DNA from: Podarcis melisellensis
Taxonomy: Eukaryota
DNA: 64,000 nt
Assembly (NCBI GenBank): GCA_964234715.1
Contig: OZ174276.1
Reading direction: 5' to 3' (one strand)
In this document: one piece after another, positions 46,001-58,651 of the stretch
Position numbering within the stretch: the first letter of the stretch is position 1
Layout: the number at the start of each line of letters is the position of its first letter
Made by a program: the position numbers and the translations under genes
The notes under the pieces: model-generated
What the model was told of the DNA's origin: nothing
Databases searched by the model: none
Seen by the model: only the letters and a program-made list of their open reading frames with translations

Positions 46001-49000
46001 ATAGCCCTGGGGAAAATACATTCTATGCCTAGTCTCTGAAAACATTTTTATTTAACCAACAGCTCTTTTGTCTTGTCAATTTTAATTTTAAACGTCAACC
46101 TTGGTGTGTATGCCAATATCCAGACCAAGGTGAGCACTTTGTTAGCGTAAGCACTTCTGCTTGCCTGATGGCACAATCTCCCCTCTTCCTCCATTGGACC
46201 CCAATGTATTGTTCTGGGGATTCTCCTGATACACACACACAGCCAATTGGAAGGAAAGGCTGGGGAAGACATATTGCACTAGCAAAAGTCTGTGTGGGTT
46301 TCCAGTAGCAGGACTGGTTAGTTTGAATCCGGCCCCTTCACTAGATTCATACATTCTTTGCTCATTTCAAATGCCAAGTCAGGACCTAACTGATTTCCAT
46401 TAGGTCCACTTTGAACATAACTTTTATGGTGAGTCGGTAGCTCATTAAATCAACCCACAACAAAGTAGAAAGTGGGTTGCACTGGAAACGAGCATACACA
46501 CGAGGCAAAGGCAGGACTGTGCAATTAACTGCAAGTAGTCTCAAGCCATGGAGTGTAATATGTCTGCTTGATGTCTTTGTTATAACCAATGCTTGGGACT
46601 AGCTACAACTCAAGACAGTGTGAGGTACATCCTCCCCATTTATCTCCCCAGACAGATAAATGTGGTTGTGGTACAGCAAGATGTGCTCTTTCTCCAGTTA
46701 GTACCAAGCTGCAATGAGGGGAGGAAGAATATAGGAAGCTGCCTTATACCAAGTCAAATGATTGATCTATCTAGCTCAGTATTGTTTACAGCAGCAGTAG
46801 GGAACGTCTACCCTGTGAGCCTAATTAGGGCTAGCAGGGGCCCTAATTTGGCCCCTGAGGTTCTCCCCCCCAAATAAAAACCATGGCCACTTGCCTCACA
46901 TATGTTATCATATGTGTCATCTGTGAGGCATGTAAAGATAGTAGCTGCAAAGGAACATTTGGAAGGTTAAAGTACACCTGATTGATCCTTGTTGACCACT
47001 GCCATGGGGGATTGGCTGCACTAGGAAGTTCCCAACAGGAATTCCCTAATGCAGTCTCCTTCAAAAAGGAGCTCTTGGCACTAATAACCAATTGGTGCTG
47101 ACAGCCATAAAAGGGATTCGGCAAACCCCCTTGCTGGCATCAGGTGGATGGCCCAGCTGTCCAAGTTGACCTTTGGAGAGGAAGGGACCCAGCCACTAGG
47201 CATCTCCACTCCCAAGTCTACATTGACTGGTAGTGGCAGTTCAGGGTTTTACACAAGGAGCATTTCCAGCCCTACCTGGAGACACCAAAGATTGAAACTG
47301 AGATCATCTGTGTACAGAGCAGATGATCACCCTCCCCATAGAGCAGGGGTGGGGAAGCATTTGGCCCTGGTGGGCTAGATCTTTATCTTCTCCAGCCCCA
47401 TGGGCCAATTTTTATAGGTGGGCAGGACCATCCACCTGCGAATCATGCAGCATCGTTATCATGTTGGGTGATTGGAACCTGTCAAAGTTCACCTGCAAAT
47501 GTAGGGGGAAATAGTTAAAAGGGCTTGGTCAGTCCCATGCTCAGTGATTCTAAAGTGGCAGACAATGAAGTGGGGTAGCAGAAGCAGAGATGGGCTGGGT
47601 TAGAATGGTTCTGTTTCTCTCTTGGGGTTCTGAGGCCAAATAAACTTCTTGTGTGAATTGTAAGGACAGGAGACCTAGTTGTGTCTATGATGCCTGCTCT
47701 CACAAATATATCCTTTTTAGATTAAAAAATAGTCTGGAAAAATCAGGTGGCCCATAATCAAATAAGTCATGTTGATCCACATGCCGCCTCTAAGACAAAG
47801 TTAAATCTCTCCAAGTCAAGATTGGGGAGCCTGTGGACCTCCAGATGTTGTTGTACTACAACTCCCATCTGGCACCAACCACTATGGCAATTGGTCACAA
47901 ATGATGGAAGTTGTAGTCCAGCAACATTTGTAGGACCACATGTTCCCATTCCAGATCTAGGTGGTAGAAAGGCTCTGAATGGTGTGATTGATCATGCATA
48001 TTTCCTGTAAAAAAGAGCAGCAACTCCTTGGAGCACTAAAAGTTCCTGATTAAGCTAACAGCCAGCACTTTCCTGTGTGAGACAAATTCTTCTGAAAAGG
48101 TTCAACCAAGAAGAAATTATCTTAAAATCATTGCCTGACCTCTCATTTTCTATTCATTCCCTTCTAGTGCTATTACATTGGAGCAACCAGTGATGCAGCC
48201 ACTAAAATAACTAATGAGGTGTCAAAACCCCTAAGTAATCACATCCCTGTTGACAAGGTTTGCGAGAAACTGAAGAAGAAAGATAGTCAGATCTGTGACT
48301 TGAAATATGGTGAGTATAAGCAGATTACCAGTGATCGTTACTTTGGTCCTTGATATCTTCCTTATGTAGAGAGAGCAAGAGTGCTAAAGTTACTGGCTGC
48401 GTTGTGGTAGAGAGGAAATGACTTGTGCTGTCATCTTGAGTTAGCCTGGCAGTATGATCCATTGGAGAAAGTGCAACTTACTTCCAAGTAAAAGACAAGA
48501 TCTTACGCATATCAGTTAGATAAAACTTTTTCTCCATTCCCCCTGCCCCCAATCATACAAAGATAAGGAAAATGGTCATAGAATGAATTCAGTACCAGAG
48601 AACTGCTTTAAAACAGTGAAGACCCAACATGGTTCCTAGGAAAATACAATACAAATATAGCTGTGAACTATGGGCTGGTTATGAGAAGAACATGGAGGTC
48701 ATAGAGCAGGAATGGAGGATCTGTAGCCCTCCAAATGTTGGACAACAACTTCTGTCATTCCTGACCATTAGCCATATTTGAACTGGTAAGAGTCCAACAA
48801 CATCTGGAAGGCCACAGATTTTCGCCTTGCTATGGAGGATCATCATCTAATTTATCTAGCTATTGGATTTTTCATAGACAGTAGTTTTATGGTGAGGATG
48901 CTGAACTGTGACAATGGACTGATCAGATTTCAGACAAAAGGTTGAGCTAAGTTCCATGTAACAGACAAATTATGGTTTATTTGTCGGCTCCCACCAACAG

Positions 49001-49757
49001 ACGTGTTTTCATTTCATTTTAGCAAGCCACAGTTGCTAATATATTCCAGCCAGGGAAAGTATGCTTTGGCTGTTGTGTCCAGTTGGGGCTGTTCGGTTGT
49101 TGCCTAGGGATGTCAAAAATGAAGGGCAGCACACTCTTGCTTCTGACATCAGTCACTGAGCCAAGGGCCACTAGGCCACTTCCCTTGCCTCCAGGAAGAA
49201 GTTCAATCCAAAATACCTCAGTGATTGCTTGACCTCTTATTTTCCAGCTCCCATCACTGAGTTCATCTGCAATAGTTCTCAGGATACAGCCTGTTAACTG
49301 CATTCTGTTCCTGACTCCTACTATACATTCCAGTGTCTTATCTTCCCCAAGTATAGATATTATCTGTGAAAACTTGTGCTCTTAATGAAAGTAGTCTCTA
49401 GGAGGTGCTATGACTTGTACTATTTCAGCTATGTGATAGCCATCTTTTGTGTCTAAGGCTGCATTCCTATGATACTTGAACTGGGAACAAGTCCTCCTGA
49501 AATTTCTGAATTGTCAGTTAAAGTTGTGGACTAACAATGCTTCATACAGTAATATGCCCTTCTCTTTATCAGATAAACAGATTGACTTGAGCACTGTGGA
49601 CCTGAAGAAACTGAGAGTCAAAGAACTGAAGAAGATTCTAGATGACTGGGGTGAAACATGCAAAGGCTGTGCAGAAAAGTCAGATTACATTCGGAAAATC
49701 AATGAACTGATGCCTCAGTATGCACCAAAAGCAGCCAGTTCACGGACAGACCTCTGA
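42954..49757 (+). CDS. MANF: Mesencephalic astrocyte-derived neurotrophic factor, 4 exons, 180 aa
   Basis: Signal peptide [22 protein letters not shown], saposin-like Cys pattern, CKGC motif, C-terminal RTDL ER-retention signal; exons 88+128+142+185 nt. Confidence 0.97.
45096..45223 (+). CDS. MANF: MANF exon 2 ([14 protein letters not shown]...AKGKENRL)
   Basis: ttacag|TG TGT ... CTG|gtaag. Confidence 0.96.
47820..47952. mobile_element. Palindromic hAT-like MITE family copy (MANF intron 2)
   Basis: CCTCCAGATGTTGTTGTACTACAACTCCCATC...GATGGAAGTTGTAGTCCAGCAACAT. Confidence 0.75.
48168..48309 (+). CDS. MANF: MANF exon 3 ([14 protein letters not shown]...SQICDLKY)
   Basis: ttctag|TGC ... TAT G|gtgag; missed by the ORF track. 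Confidence 0.96.
49573..49757 (+). CDS. MANF: MANF exon 4 ([21 protein letters not shown]...CKGC...RTDL*)
   Basis: tatcag|AT AAA; TGA at 49755-49757. Confidence 0.96.
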
Positions 49758-49983
49758 CCACCATAGTGGCCTCTAGATCATTAGCAAATCAAACACAAAC
49801 TATGTTAATCTTTCTTTTTTCTTTTCTGGAAAGCTGTTTTTGTAACTTATTTAACTGGGTTTCAAGTGTCAAAGTGAAGCGGTTCTTGCAATGCTGGTTC
49901 AACTGCCTCGTCGTGTCTCAAGTTTTTATTTCTTTTGTCTCCAGTTTATGTTTAAGACATCGACTTATGTATGGGATTTTTGA

Positions 49984-49989
49984 AATAAA
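49984..49989 (+). terminator. MANF polyadenylation signal
   Basis: AATAAA 226 nt after the stop, followed by GU-rich sequence. Confidence 0.65.
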
Positions 49990-51949
49990 AGTTAAGAAAG
50001 CCAGTCTTGTCAGTTGCATTAGTAGGATTTGTGTGAGTTTTATGCAAGTCTGGCTGATGCCAACACAGATCCTTACTTCGTACTTGGTGCTTTGAGATTT
50101 AGGACTCATCTACACTTCCATTTGCTCTGCCGCTTTCCCCTGGGGAAACCTGCTTTTTACCAATGAATCGGAACAAACAGCAATCAGGTTTTCCACAGAT
50201 TGCATTTGTTCTGATTCAGCAGGTTTTTCCAGTGAAAGCTGTGGGGGAAACAAGTAATTGCTTGGACCTGTGCTTTCTAAGCACAGGACAAGCAGAAAAC
50301 TTCTTGGACCCATGCTTTTAGGAATGGGATGAGTGAGAATGGGTGAGCCCTAATAATGGCCATGTTTTGATAAAATGCTTATCTATGGGCTAGCGTGGCT
50401 TCTGAGATACCTGCTCTCCTGACTAATGCCTTGTAAAATCTCTGCATTTTGCTACTTCACATCCAGGTGAACATGTGTGCTATATTTGGTCTTTGGATTA
50501 TTGCATGGTCTTGAAAGTATTTGAGAGCTAGTTGGTGCGACCGGAAGTTGTTAAACAGTACTTTGCTTTCAGAAATTTAAGCCCCTGATCCTGTACAGCT
50601 GTACAATCAGTCTGAGTGCTGTTTTTCTACAGCTCTGAGGTAAACTGGCACCATCTATGCAAGATAACTTCCTTGTATTCTGATTCTGTATTTACAGTTG
50701 TCAATACTGAATACAGTTCTGACCAGCTACATCTATGTAAAGCAGATGAATCTGGAATACGTAGCTTCTGTATATCCATGAAATAATAATAATAAAAAAA
50801 ATGGGTAGGGGTTGATTTTGGGTTCTCTCATGCTCCTGGAAAGCTTTTTGGCAACTTCAGTTCATAAGTAAAAGAAGCAGTTAATATATAGTAATGTAAT
50901 AAAAGAGTGTGTTGTACCAGGTCATTTATGGAGACACCTTTAAATGACCACCCACACAAAATGAAGCTGTGAGCTAAACCCTTCCTATACGGGTGGCTGC
51001 TACCAAAATCTCAATTCTCACCAAAGGTTGACTAAAAATCATAGAGAAAAATATATTGCTCTTGAGAAAACCTACGTGTTTTAAACAACATGAATTTTAG
51101 GGCAGTTACTGTTGACAAATTACCCACCTGCATAACCTCCCCCACCCCGCAGAAAAGACTGTTTTTGAAAAGTACAGCATATATTTAAACTTCTGTTACA
51201 GCACAATCTCATGCACATTTACTGTTTTATGTGCTACACGTCTGGTCTCTGCTAGGACAAAAATAACTGGACAGCATGGTTCTGAATGGGCCTGCAGTAT
51301 TTTAGTATATATTTTTAATCAAGGTAATACAAAATGAAAGGATTTTGACTTTTTTAAGCTTATCCTTGGCTATATCCAGTGTTTGAAACTCCCATTGTTC
51401 TAGGTGCATTTTGCGACAATGAATTTCATTAGTGTGAGCAGCTTTTGAGCTCTCGGTGCAATACTGCGCCTAAGATTTCAGATTAGAACTGCAGAGCGGA
51501 AGGAAAGGATGACCTTTCTCTGCCTCCCCACTTCCAGCTACTCTGAAGACTGGAGAAGAAACCCTTTAAAGAATATTAAGGGGGTGGGCAGGAGGACTAG
51601 ACCATGTGAAAAATGAACATATTTTAGCTGCAGTTCATTTATCTTCAGCTTTGTATTCTTGTTATTTAAAAACTGCCTAGGTTTAAGGTGCCATTTAGCT
51701 TCTGGTTCTCATATCTCAGTTTCTAACACTATGTCTGAATAGATGAAAAAGACACCGTGGCTCCTTTACGTAACTAACAAGCTTTATCCTGTGGCAAAAC
51801 AGCCAGCATCTTTTCTACTTTCTGCATACGGAACATGGATATTAACTACCGTTGCAGCAATATAAAAATTTCCTTGTTTTTGCAGCTTCTGCCAGCACAT
51901 TTTATTATAACGGCACGTAATGCACGTGCTATTTGTAAATGCACTTTTG

Positions 51950-53350
51950 CCCTTAAAGCTCAGAGACCAGTTGTTTGCACGTGTGCGCGATTGCCGGTTG
52001 CTCCCTTCTTCGGTCTAACAGCCGCTCGTCGGAGGCGGCGCGCTTTGACCGAGAGAGGGAAAGTGGCATCCGCTTTACTTCTACTTAAAGAAAAGGGAGA
52101 GGAGCAAAGGAGGGGGGAAAGCGCTGTCCTTCCTGCTCTCACTTGCTATGCACTTTCTACTCCTCCCTCAGGCTGAGCGGCAGGTAGGTGCCGTGGAGGC
52201 GGGAAAGGCGGCCGGGAACACGGAGGGGCTTTGCTCCTCGCCTCCCCGTCCTCTGGCGGGCGCGAGCAGGAGGGGCTTTCGGGCGGCGGCCGCGGCGTCC
52301 AGCCGGAGCCATTACGGACGCGGCCCGTCGCTCGGCTGGCTCGGGGCGGGGTCGCGGGCTGATGACGTCGTCGGCGCGCACGGCGCGGCAACTGGGCAGA
52401 GCCGCCTTCGCTCGTTCCCTTTTGTCCAAGATGGCAGCTGCCGCCAGAGGCGCCTCCTGAATCGCGGGCCCCGGAGCCATGAAGCGGGCGAGCGAGCGGG
52501 ATTCCAGCCCGGCGGGGTCCGGGGGGACGCGGGGCGCCTCCTCGGCCAAGAGGCCCCGCGAGCGGGAGCGCGAGAGCAGCGGCGCCAGCGGCGGGAGCAG
52601 CAGCCGGCGGGGCCCGCACCGGAGCTCGGGCGCCTCCTCCTCGTCGTCGTCCGCCTCCGCCTCCGCCTCGTCGCGCAGCGGCCGGGACAAGTCGGCGGCG
52701 GGAAGCTCCAGCTCGCGCAGCCACCGCGGGGAAGAGCGGCCCGGAGGCGACTCCAACCACCGCGGCGCCGCCTCGTCCAGCGCCAGGAGCAGCAGCAGCA
52801 GCAGCAGCCAAGCCGCCTCCGCCGCGGCGCCGCCGCCCCCGTCCTCGTCCTCGTCGTCTTCTTCGCGGGCGCTGGGGGCCGCCAAGGCCAAAGTGCCTCT
52901 GGCCGCCGTGGTCGCCCCATCTTTGCTGCTGGGCGGGCCTTCGGCGGTGGCCGCGCCGTCGCTGCTTTTGGCGCCGGGGCTCGGACTGACGGCCGGGGTG
53001 GGGCTGGCCGGGGATCCCCCCGGCTCCAGCGAGTACAAGACCCTGCTGGTGAGCGGCCTGGGCCCGGCCCTCCCGGACCAGCTTCTGGAGGACGGTCTGT
53101 TCCGCCAGTTCCAGAGGTTCGCTAGCGGCGGCGCCAGTGACATTAGCGTCAAGCTCTCCCATACCCCCGAGCTCGGCCGCGTTGCCTATGTCAACTTCAG
53201 GCACCCGGCCGACGCCCGAGATGCTCGAAGGCATGCCAGAGCCCGGCAGCTTCTCCTCTACGATCGCCCCCTCAAGGTGGAGCCTGTGTACCTGCGAGGG
53301 GGCAGACGAAGCCGCACGCCCCCACCTACCCCGTCCCCTGAACCCATGGC
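51950..53350. promoter_or_regulatory. CpG island / RBM15B promoter
   Basis: Very high GC/CpG; E-box CACGTG ~51978, GC box, CRE-like TGACGTCG ~52363, YY1-like CAAGATGGC 52427-52435. Confidence 0.85.
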
Positions 53351-55250
53351 TTTCCTGCCCCCAATCCATGGTGTCTATCCTTATAAACAGAGATCCCTTT
53401 CTCCTGTTGCCACCCCTTTGCTGAGAGAGCCCAGACCACGACATGCTGCCGCTGCAGCCTTTGCCTTGGAAGCTGTTGCCTTGGGTCTCTCTCGGGAGCG
53501 GGAGAGAGTGCTGGATTACTATGGACTGTACGACGAGCGCGGCCGTCCCTATGGATATCCCATAGTGGCTGAAGAGGATCTTATGCCGGAGGATGATCAA
53601 AGAGCGACTCGTAATCTCTTTATTGGCAACCTGGACCACAGCGTCTCTGAGGTAGAACTGAGGCGTGCCTTTGAAAAATACGGCATCATTGAGGAAGTGG
53701 TGATCAAGCGCCCTGCAAGGGGCCAAGGTGGAGCTTATGCCTTTCTAAAGTTCCAGAACCTGGACATGGCACATCGAGCCAAGGTTGCCATGTCTGGCCG
53801 GGTTGTTGGCAGGAACCCTATCAAAATTGGCTATGGGAAAGCCAACCCCACAACCCGACTTTGGGTGGGTGGTCTTGGTCCAAGTACTTCCCTAGCAGCC
53901 CTTGCTAGGGAATTTGATCGCTTTGGAAGCATTAGGACTATTGACTATGTGAAAGGGGACAGTTTTGCCTACATTCAATATGAAAGTTTAGACGCTGCCC
54001 AGGCTGCCTGTGCACAAATGAGGGGCTTCCCTTTGGGTGGGCCAGACAGGAGACTTCGAGTGGATTTTGCCAAAGCGGAGGAGGCACGCTACCCTCAGCA
54101 GTATCAACCTGCACCACTGCCTGTACCCTATGAATTGCTACCTGAAGGCTACAGCAGGCACAGGAGTCTAGAGCAAGACTTAAGGGTGAGAGACAGGACT
54201 CCTCCTCATCTCCTCTACTCAGACCGGGAAAGGGGCTTTTTAGAGGCTGATTGGACCAGCCCTGTCAAAAATGCAGAGCGCAGAAATAATTTGGAGACCT
54301 ACAGTCAGTCGGCACGCAGCCGAAGTGGAGAACGTTGGGGCAGCGATAGTGACCGAAGCGTGCTCAAACCATGGGAGGAAAGGCGTAAACGCCGTAGCCT
54401 TTCCAGTGACCGAGGGAGAACTGCCCATTCACCCTATGAGGACAGAGGCAGGACAAAACCTGGTGGGCCAGCTTTAGATCGCAGTCCAGAGAGGGCTCGG
54501 AAGGAGAACCACACCACAGAGTCTGCCACGGAGAAAGAGCAGAATAACTCCCTGCAGAACAACAGGCATGCATCAGAGGAGAAGCCTCACCGTGAAACAT
54601 CTGATCCTCAGCCTAAGAAAAGGGACAGCGAACGCAATCATCGAACTGCTGAGGCTGAATCAAAGACTCATGAAGAGTCCAAATCTGAAGCAAAGAAATT
54701 AAAAAGCTTATCAGATTATGCCCACACGCTGCAGCTTGCCTGGAATGGGCTACTTGTCCTGAAAAACAGCTGCTTCCCTACATCTATGCACATCCTTGAA
54801 GGCGACTTGGGGGTTATCAATGGGCTTCTGAAAGACCACTTGTCTGGTGGAAAGCTCACGCAGCTCAAGATTGCCCAGAGACTTCGGCTTGACCAGCCCA
54901 AGCTGGATGAAGTAACTCGACGTATCAAGCAAGGAAGCCCTAATGGCTATGCTGTGCTGCTGGCTACCCAGACTGCTCAAGGAGCAAGCACTGAAGGGGC
55001 CGTCCCTGTGGTAGAGCCTGGCTTGCAAAGACGGCTTCTCAGGAATCTGGTCTCTTACTTGAAACAAAAACAGGCTGCTGGGGTGATCAGCCTTCCTGTG
55101 GGAGGGGCGAAGGGTAAAGACAGCACAGGCATGCTTTATGCTTTCCCTCCTTGTGAATTCTCTCAGCAGTACCTCCAGTCCGCACTAAGAACATTGGGAA
55201 AGTTAGAAGAAGAGCATATGGTGATAGTGATAGTCAAAGACACTGCCTAG
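52479..55250 (+). CDS. RBM15B: RNA-binding motif protein 15B (Spen family: 3 RRMs + SPOC), single exon, 923 aa
   Basis: Kozak gccATGA; RRMs (EYKTLLVSGL, RNLFIGNL, RLWVGGL); SPOC domain (WNGLLVLKNS...LRNLVSYLKQKQAAGVISL...HMVIVIVKDTA*); synteny. Confidence 0.97.
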   Translation: MKRASERDSSPAGSGGTRGASSAKRPRERERESSGASGGSSSRRGPHRSSGASSSSSSASASASSRSGRDKSAAGSSSSRSHRGEERPGGDSNHRGAASSSARSSSSSSSQAASAAAPPPPSSSSSSSSRALGAAKAKVPLAAVVAPSLLLGGPSAVAAPSLLLAPGLGLTAGVGLAGDPPGSSEYKTLLVSGLGPALPDQLLEDGLFRQFQRFASGGASDISVKLSHTPELGRVAYVNFRHPADARDARRHARARQLLLYDRPLKVEPVYLRGGRRSRTPPPTPSPEPMAFLPPIHGVYPYKQRSLSPVATPLLREPRPRHAAAAAFALEAVALGLSRERERVLDYYGLYDERGRPYGYPIVAEEDLMPEDDQRATRNLFIGNLDHSVSEVELRRAFEKYGIIEEVVIKRPARGQGGAYAFLKFQNLDMAHRAKVAMSGRVVGRNPIKIGYGKANPTTRLWVGGLGPSTSLAALAREFDRFGSIRTIDYVKGDSFAYIQYESLDAAQAACAQMRGFPLGGPDRRLRVDFAKAEEARYPQQYQPAPLPVPYELLPEGYSRHRSLEQDLRVRDRTPPHLLYSDRERGFLEADWTSPVKNAERRNNLETYSQSARSRSGERWGSDSDRSVLKPWEERRKRRSLSSDRGRTAHSPYEDRGRTKPGGPALDRSPERARKENHTTESATEKEQNNSLQNNRHASEEKPHRETSDPQPKKRDSERNHRTAEAESKTHEESKSEAKKLKSLSDYAHTLQLAWNGLLVLKNSCFPTSMHILEGDLGVINGLLKDHLSGGKLTQLKIAQRLRLDQPKLDEVTRRIKQGSPNGYAVLLATQTAQGASTEGAVPVVEPGLQRRLLRNLVSYLKQKQAAGVISLPVGGAKGKDSTGMLYAFPPCEFSQQYLQSALRTLGKLEEEHMVIVIVKDTA

Positions 55251-56347
55251 TATTTACTCTCTGTCTCCTCTCTTTCCTCCCTCTTTGCTGATTCCATATT
55301 TCTTTGTATCTCACACAGCCTGGTTGCTTTTAAGGCCAATTTTTTTGAGCGAGGCTCCAAAAGTCCTCCAAAAAAATCTACAATTTAATTAGTTTCTAAT
55401 TTTAATACCATTTTAATCCCATTTTGTTTTAATATGTGACACTGTCTGCTGTGTTCTTATTTTTTAAATGTATGGAAAGTTGTCAGTAAAGCCTTGTTCA
55501 CTGATGGATTTTTAACTTTGTGCAGTGTCCTGGTTTCTGTAGTCTGCCAATGGCTGGTTCCAATAGATAAAGCAAATAACGTACTTCAGACAGTTCTTCC
55601 TTTTACTGCTGTTCAACACTATTATACCAGTTTTGTGCTATTTTGATTTCTTTGATAGTTGAAGTCTGCTTGCTTCTTCTCTCTGTGTTTAGGTAGTTAA
55701 TGCCAGAATATTTTTTAAAAGGTGGAAAAGGTAATGGTATCCATTATTGGACCAACCTTTTCTTGGTGGATGAGAGCTTTTGAGACGATTGTAGCCAAAG
55801 AACAGCTCTGTGAAGCTAAAAAGTTTTAGTAGTCCTCAACTCTTGGTGCAATAAAACATAGGCTGCACCATGGGTGCACCCCCCCAACTCCTCTGTTAAC
55901 TGTGTTTCCTGTTGGATTGATTATATTGTAGAATCAAAGCTACTCTTAGATTTTCTGTTCAGTACTAACTATTGGCTACTCAGGAAGACAAATAACCAGG
56001 CAGTTGAGTAGGATCTGATAACAAAATCTAAATGATTATGTTCCATCAGCTCCAGTGGCAAAAATAAATGATAAAAACTTGACCAAGTTGCCTGCTTATA
56101 GCGTGTGTCCTATATTGCAGTTATATACAGTTCTGCTTGTTATATACAGTAGGTTAGGCAGGTGGATGCACTGCTTTTTAGGACAAGGTGGGCAAATTCT
56201 GTCCGACCTATTATTTGAGCACTCATCTTCTGGCATTGCTCTGGGATTAATTAGCACAGAGAATGAGGAGGTCCTCCTTCTATGAGGTCCACCTCCCTAG
56301 ATAGCATTTCTTTTGGTCATAACCATTTTGGTACAGAAAATGGCACT

Positions 56348-56468
56348 CAGGGATGGAGAAACTGTGGCCCTCCAGATGTTGTTGAACAGCAGCTCCCCTC
56401 ATTCTTAACCACTGACCGTGGTGGCTGGGGCTGATGGGCGTTGGAGAGCCACCAGTTCCCCAGCCCTG
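56348..56468. mobile_element. Palindromic hAT-like MITE family copy
   Basis: CAGGGATGG...CCAGCCCTG termini, same core sequence. Confidence 0.75.
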
Positions 56469-58505
56469 ACATACCTGGTGATGTGTAGCAAATACACAAA
56501 CACTTTCTCACACGAGCAGATCATTGCAATTAGCAGTGTGTCCACACACATGCAGCAGGCCAGAGCTGTCACAGGGGATGTACATAGGAAAGCTGCTTTA
56601 TGTGAAGTGATCCTCGGGTAAAAAGGAGAAAGCATGAACTGTAAGAGGTAGTCTAAGGAGGCGTGTGTGTATGCTGCGGTAAGAGTTTACGCCACATTCT
56701 GCACCAGGGTATGCCCACTTGTGTCTAAAATATGCAATTAATAAATAGATGTATGCACACTCACTTAGCTTGCATAATTCTCTTTCCGAGAGCTTGCTTT
56801 TCAAGGAATGTGGAATGTTTTGAAATAATGGATAGGGAGGATGCTAGAAAGGTTTGAAGACAAGTAAGCTTGATAAGGTTACATTGTAGCATCCCATATA
56901 GTGTAGTATCCCATTCTGGATTGACATGAAGTGTACGGGGTGCTGATCCTCTTAACTGCTATGACCCTACACAGCCCCATCCGTGGTTGCAACGCTGTTC
57001 AGACCAAGGTCATAAATACTGAGACTTCGCCATTCTCTGCTTCTCTATCCTCCAACTAGTACCAGTTCTCTTGTGCAGTGAAATTATGGAAGCAGAGACA
57101 ACACTAATGATTAGCAAATAATTATTTCTAAGCCAGCCATGTGGTGTTTAAAACATATTTTAAGGTGTGTATTAAAGCGTCCAAGAGAGGTAAATTGTCA
57201 ATGAATACAATTTTTAAATTTTGCCTCTGAAAGGTTACCTGCAAGAAATACCAGCTTGTGATTTAGAGGTTGGTCTTGTATGAACTCCCACCTTATCTCA
57301 TTTGTTAGTGTTAGTTCTTTATTCTTTTTAACCACATCGTGAGTTGTTAAAATACAATTTTCCAGTAGTCTCACTAACCAAGTGACTAACATGATTAGAG
57401 CCCTCTTTTGCACAGCAAACGATGCTAGTAAATGTTGTTCAGTGGTAGCCTCCTGACCACTCTACTGTAAAAAGGGAACACCTGGGTATATTGAGCAGGA
57501 TAAGTCCCATTTATGTATGTAATTTTTGTCTACTATTGGTTAAAAATCACAAGGGGTCCAGAAAACAGTTCTGAACAGCTCTAAGATAGATGTAGGTGAA
57601 CCTCTGGCTCTCGAGATGTTGCTGGACCACAACTCGCCAGCCCCAGCCAGCCTGGCTAATGGCCAGTCATCCTTCAGCAACTTTCGGAAGGCCAAACGTT
57701 CTCCATATCCGCTCCAAAACATTTAAATAGATGGATTTTGTTTGTGCGCTTCTAAATCTCTTCAAAAAAGTAGTCAACATGTGATACAGTAATATCAAGG
57801 AGATATATGCGCAAAAACGTCAACTTTTTCTAGATTCTGAAGAATATTCACTTCACAAATGCTATTTGCAAAAGTTATCTTTGTAATATATTTTTGTTTC
57901 TAAACATTTTAACCAGGTGGTAGGAAGAAACAGAAAAAGATGGGACCATTGTTCTGATACAAGCAAATGGAAGTCTAAATGCAGACTCGCTAGTCACATG
58001 AAACATAAGCATAGCCAAAGGAGAGTAGTGGTGAGGGTATGATTCCACTGCAGTTTTATCAAGCACTGACCTAAGACCATTGCGAACATTACTTCATCCT
58101 TTACCACCACCTATGTGGTCTAAATTTTATTTCTAAGGCCCGCAATGCAGTAAGTCAATCTGCTCAGTTATAAATGGAGTGGAGCCACAGGAAGAAAGGA
58201 TAGAAGGTAGTTTAATCCATTTCCATGACTGGGTTGCATGCAGGGGTTTCTAATAAATGCAACCATCCCAGTGACTATTTTACTCCAATTGCTGGGAGAG
58301 GGTGAGTAGCAAACCCAAGACCGGTCCAGCAGATGCTTTGCATCCTGCAGTGCTCCTCATTACAAATAGGTTCGTGACAGGCAATACCAGCAATTAGTGG
58401 CCTTTAAATTCCCTTGTAGCATCCAACCTCTGGGCTTAAAGGTGCACTTCACCAAAATAAAGTTGCCTATATATCTGCCACTAGTATTGTAGTTATTTGT
58501 TTAAA

Positions 58506-58651
58506 CCGGGTTTGGGGAACTTTTGGCCTTCCAGCAGCTGCTGCTGCTGAGATATAACTCCCATCACCCCTGCACATTGGGTCAAGCTTGCTGAGACTGT
58601 TGGGATTTGTAGTTCAGTAACATCTGGATGCCCAAAGGTTCCCCACACCTG
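58506..58651. mobile_element. Palindromic hAT-like MITE family copy
   Basis: GGGGAACTTTTGG...CCAAAGGTTCCCC inverted ends. Confidence 0.7.

Noticed and set aside
52146-53726. Long antisense and alternate-frame ORFs (526, 331, 325, 202 aa) over RBM15B
   Set aside because: Shadow ORFs expected in a very GC-rich, stop-poor CpG island overlapping a real CDS; low complexity with no recognisable domain.
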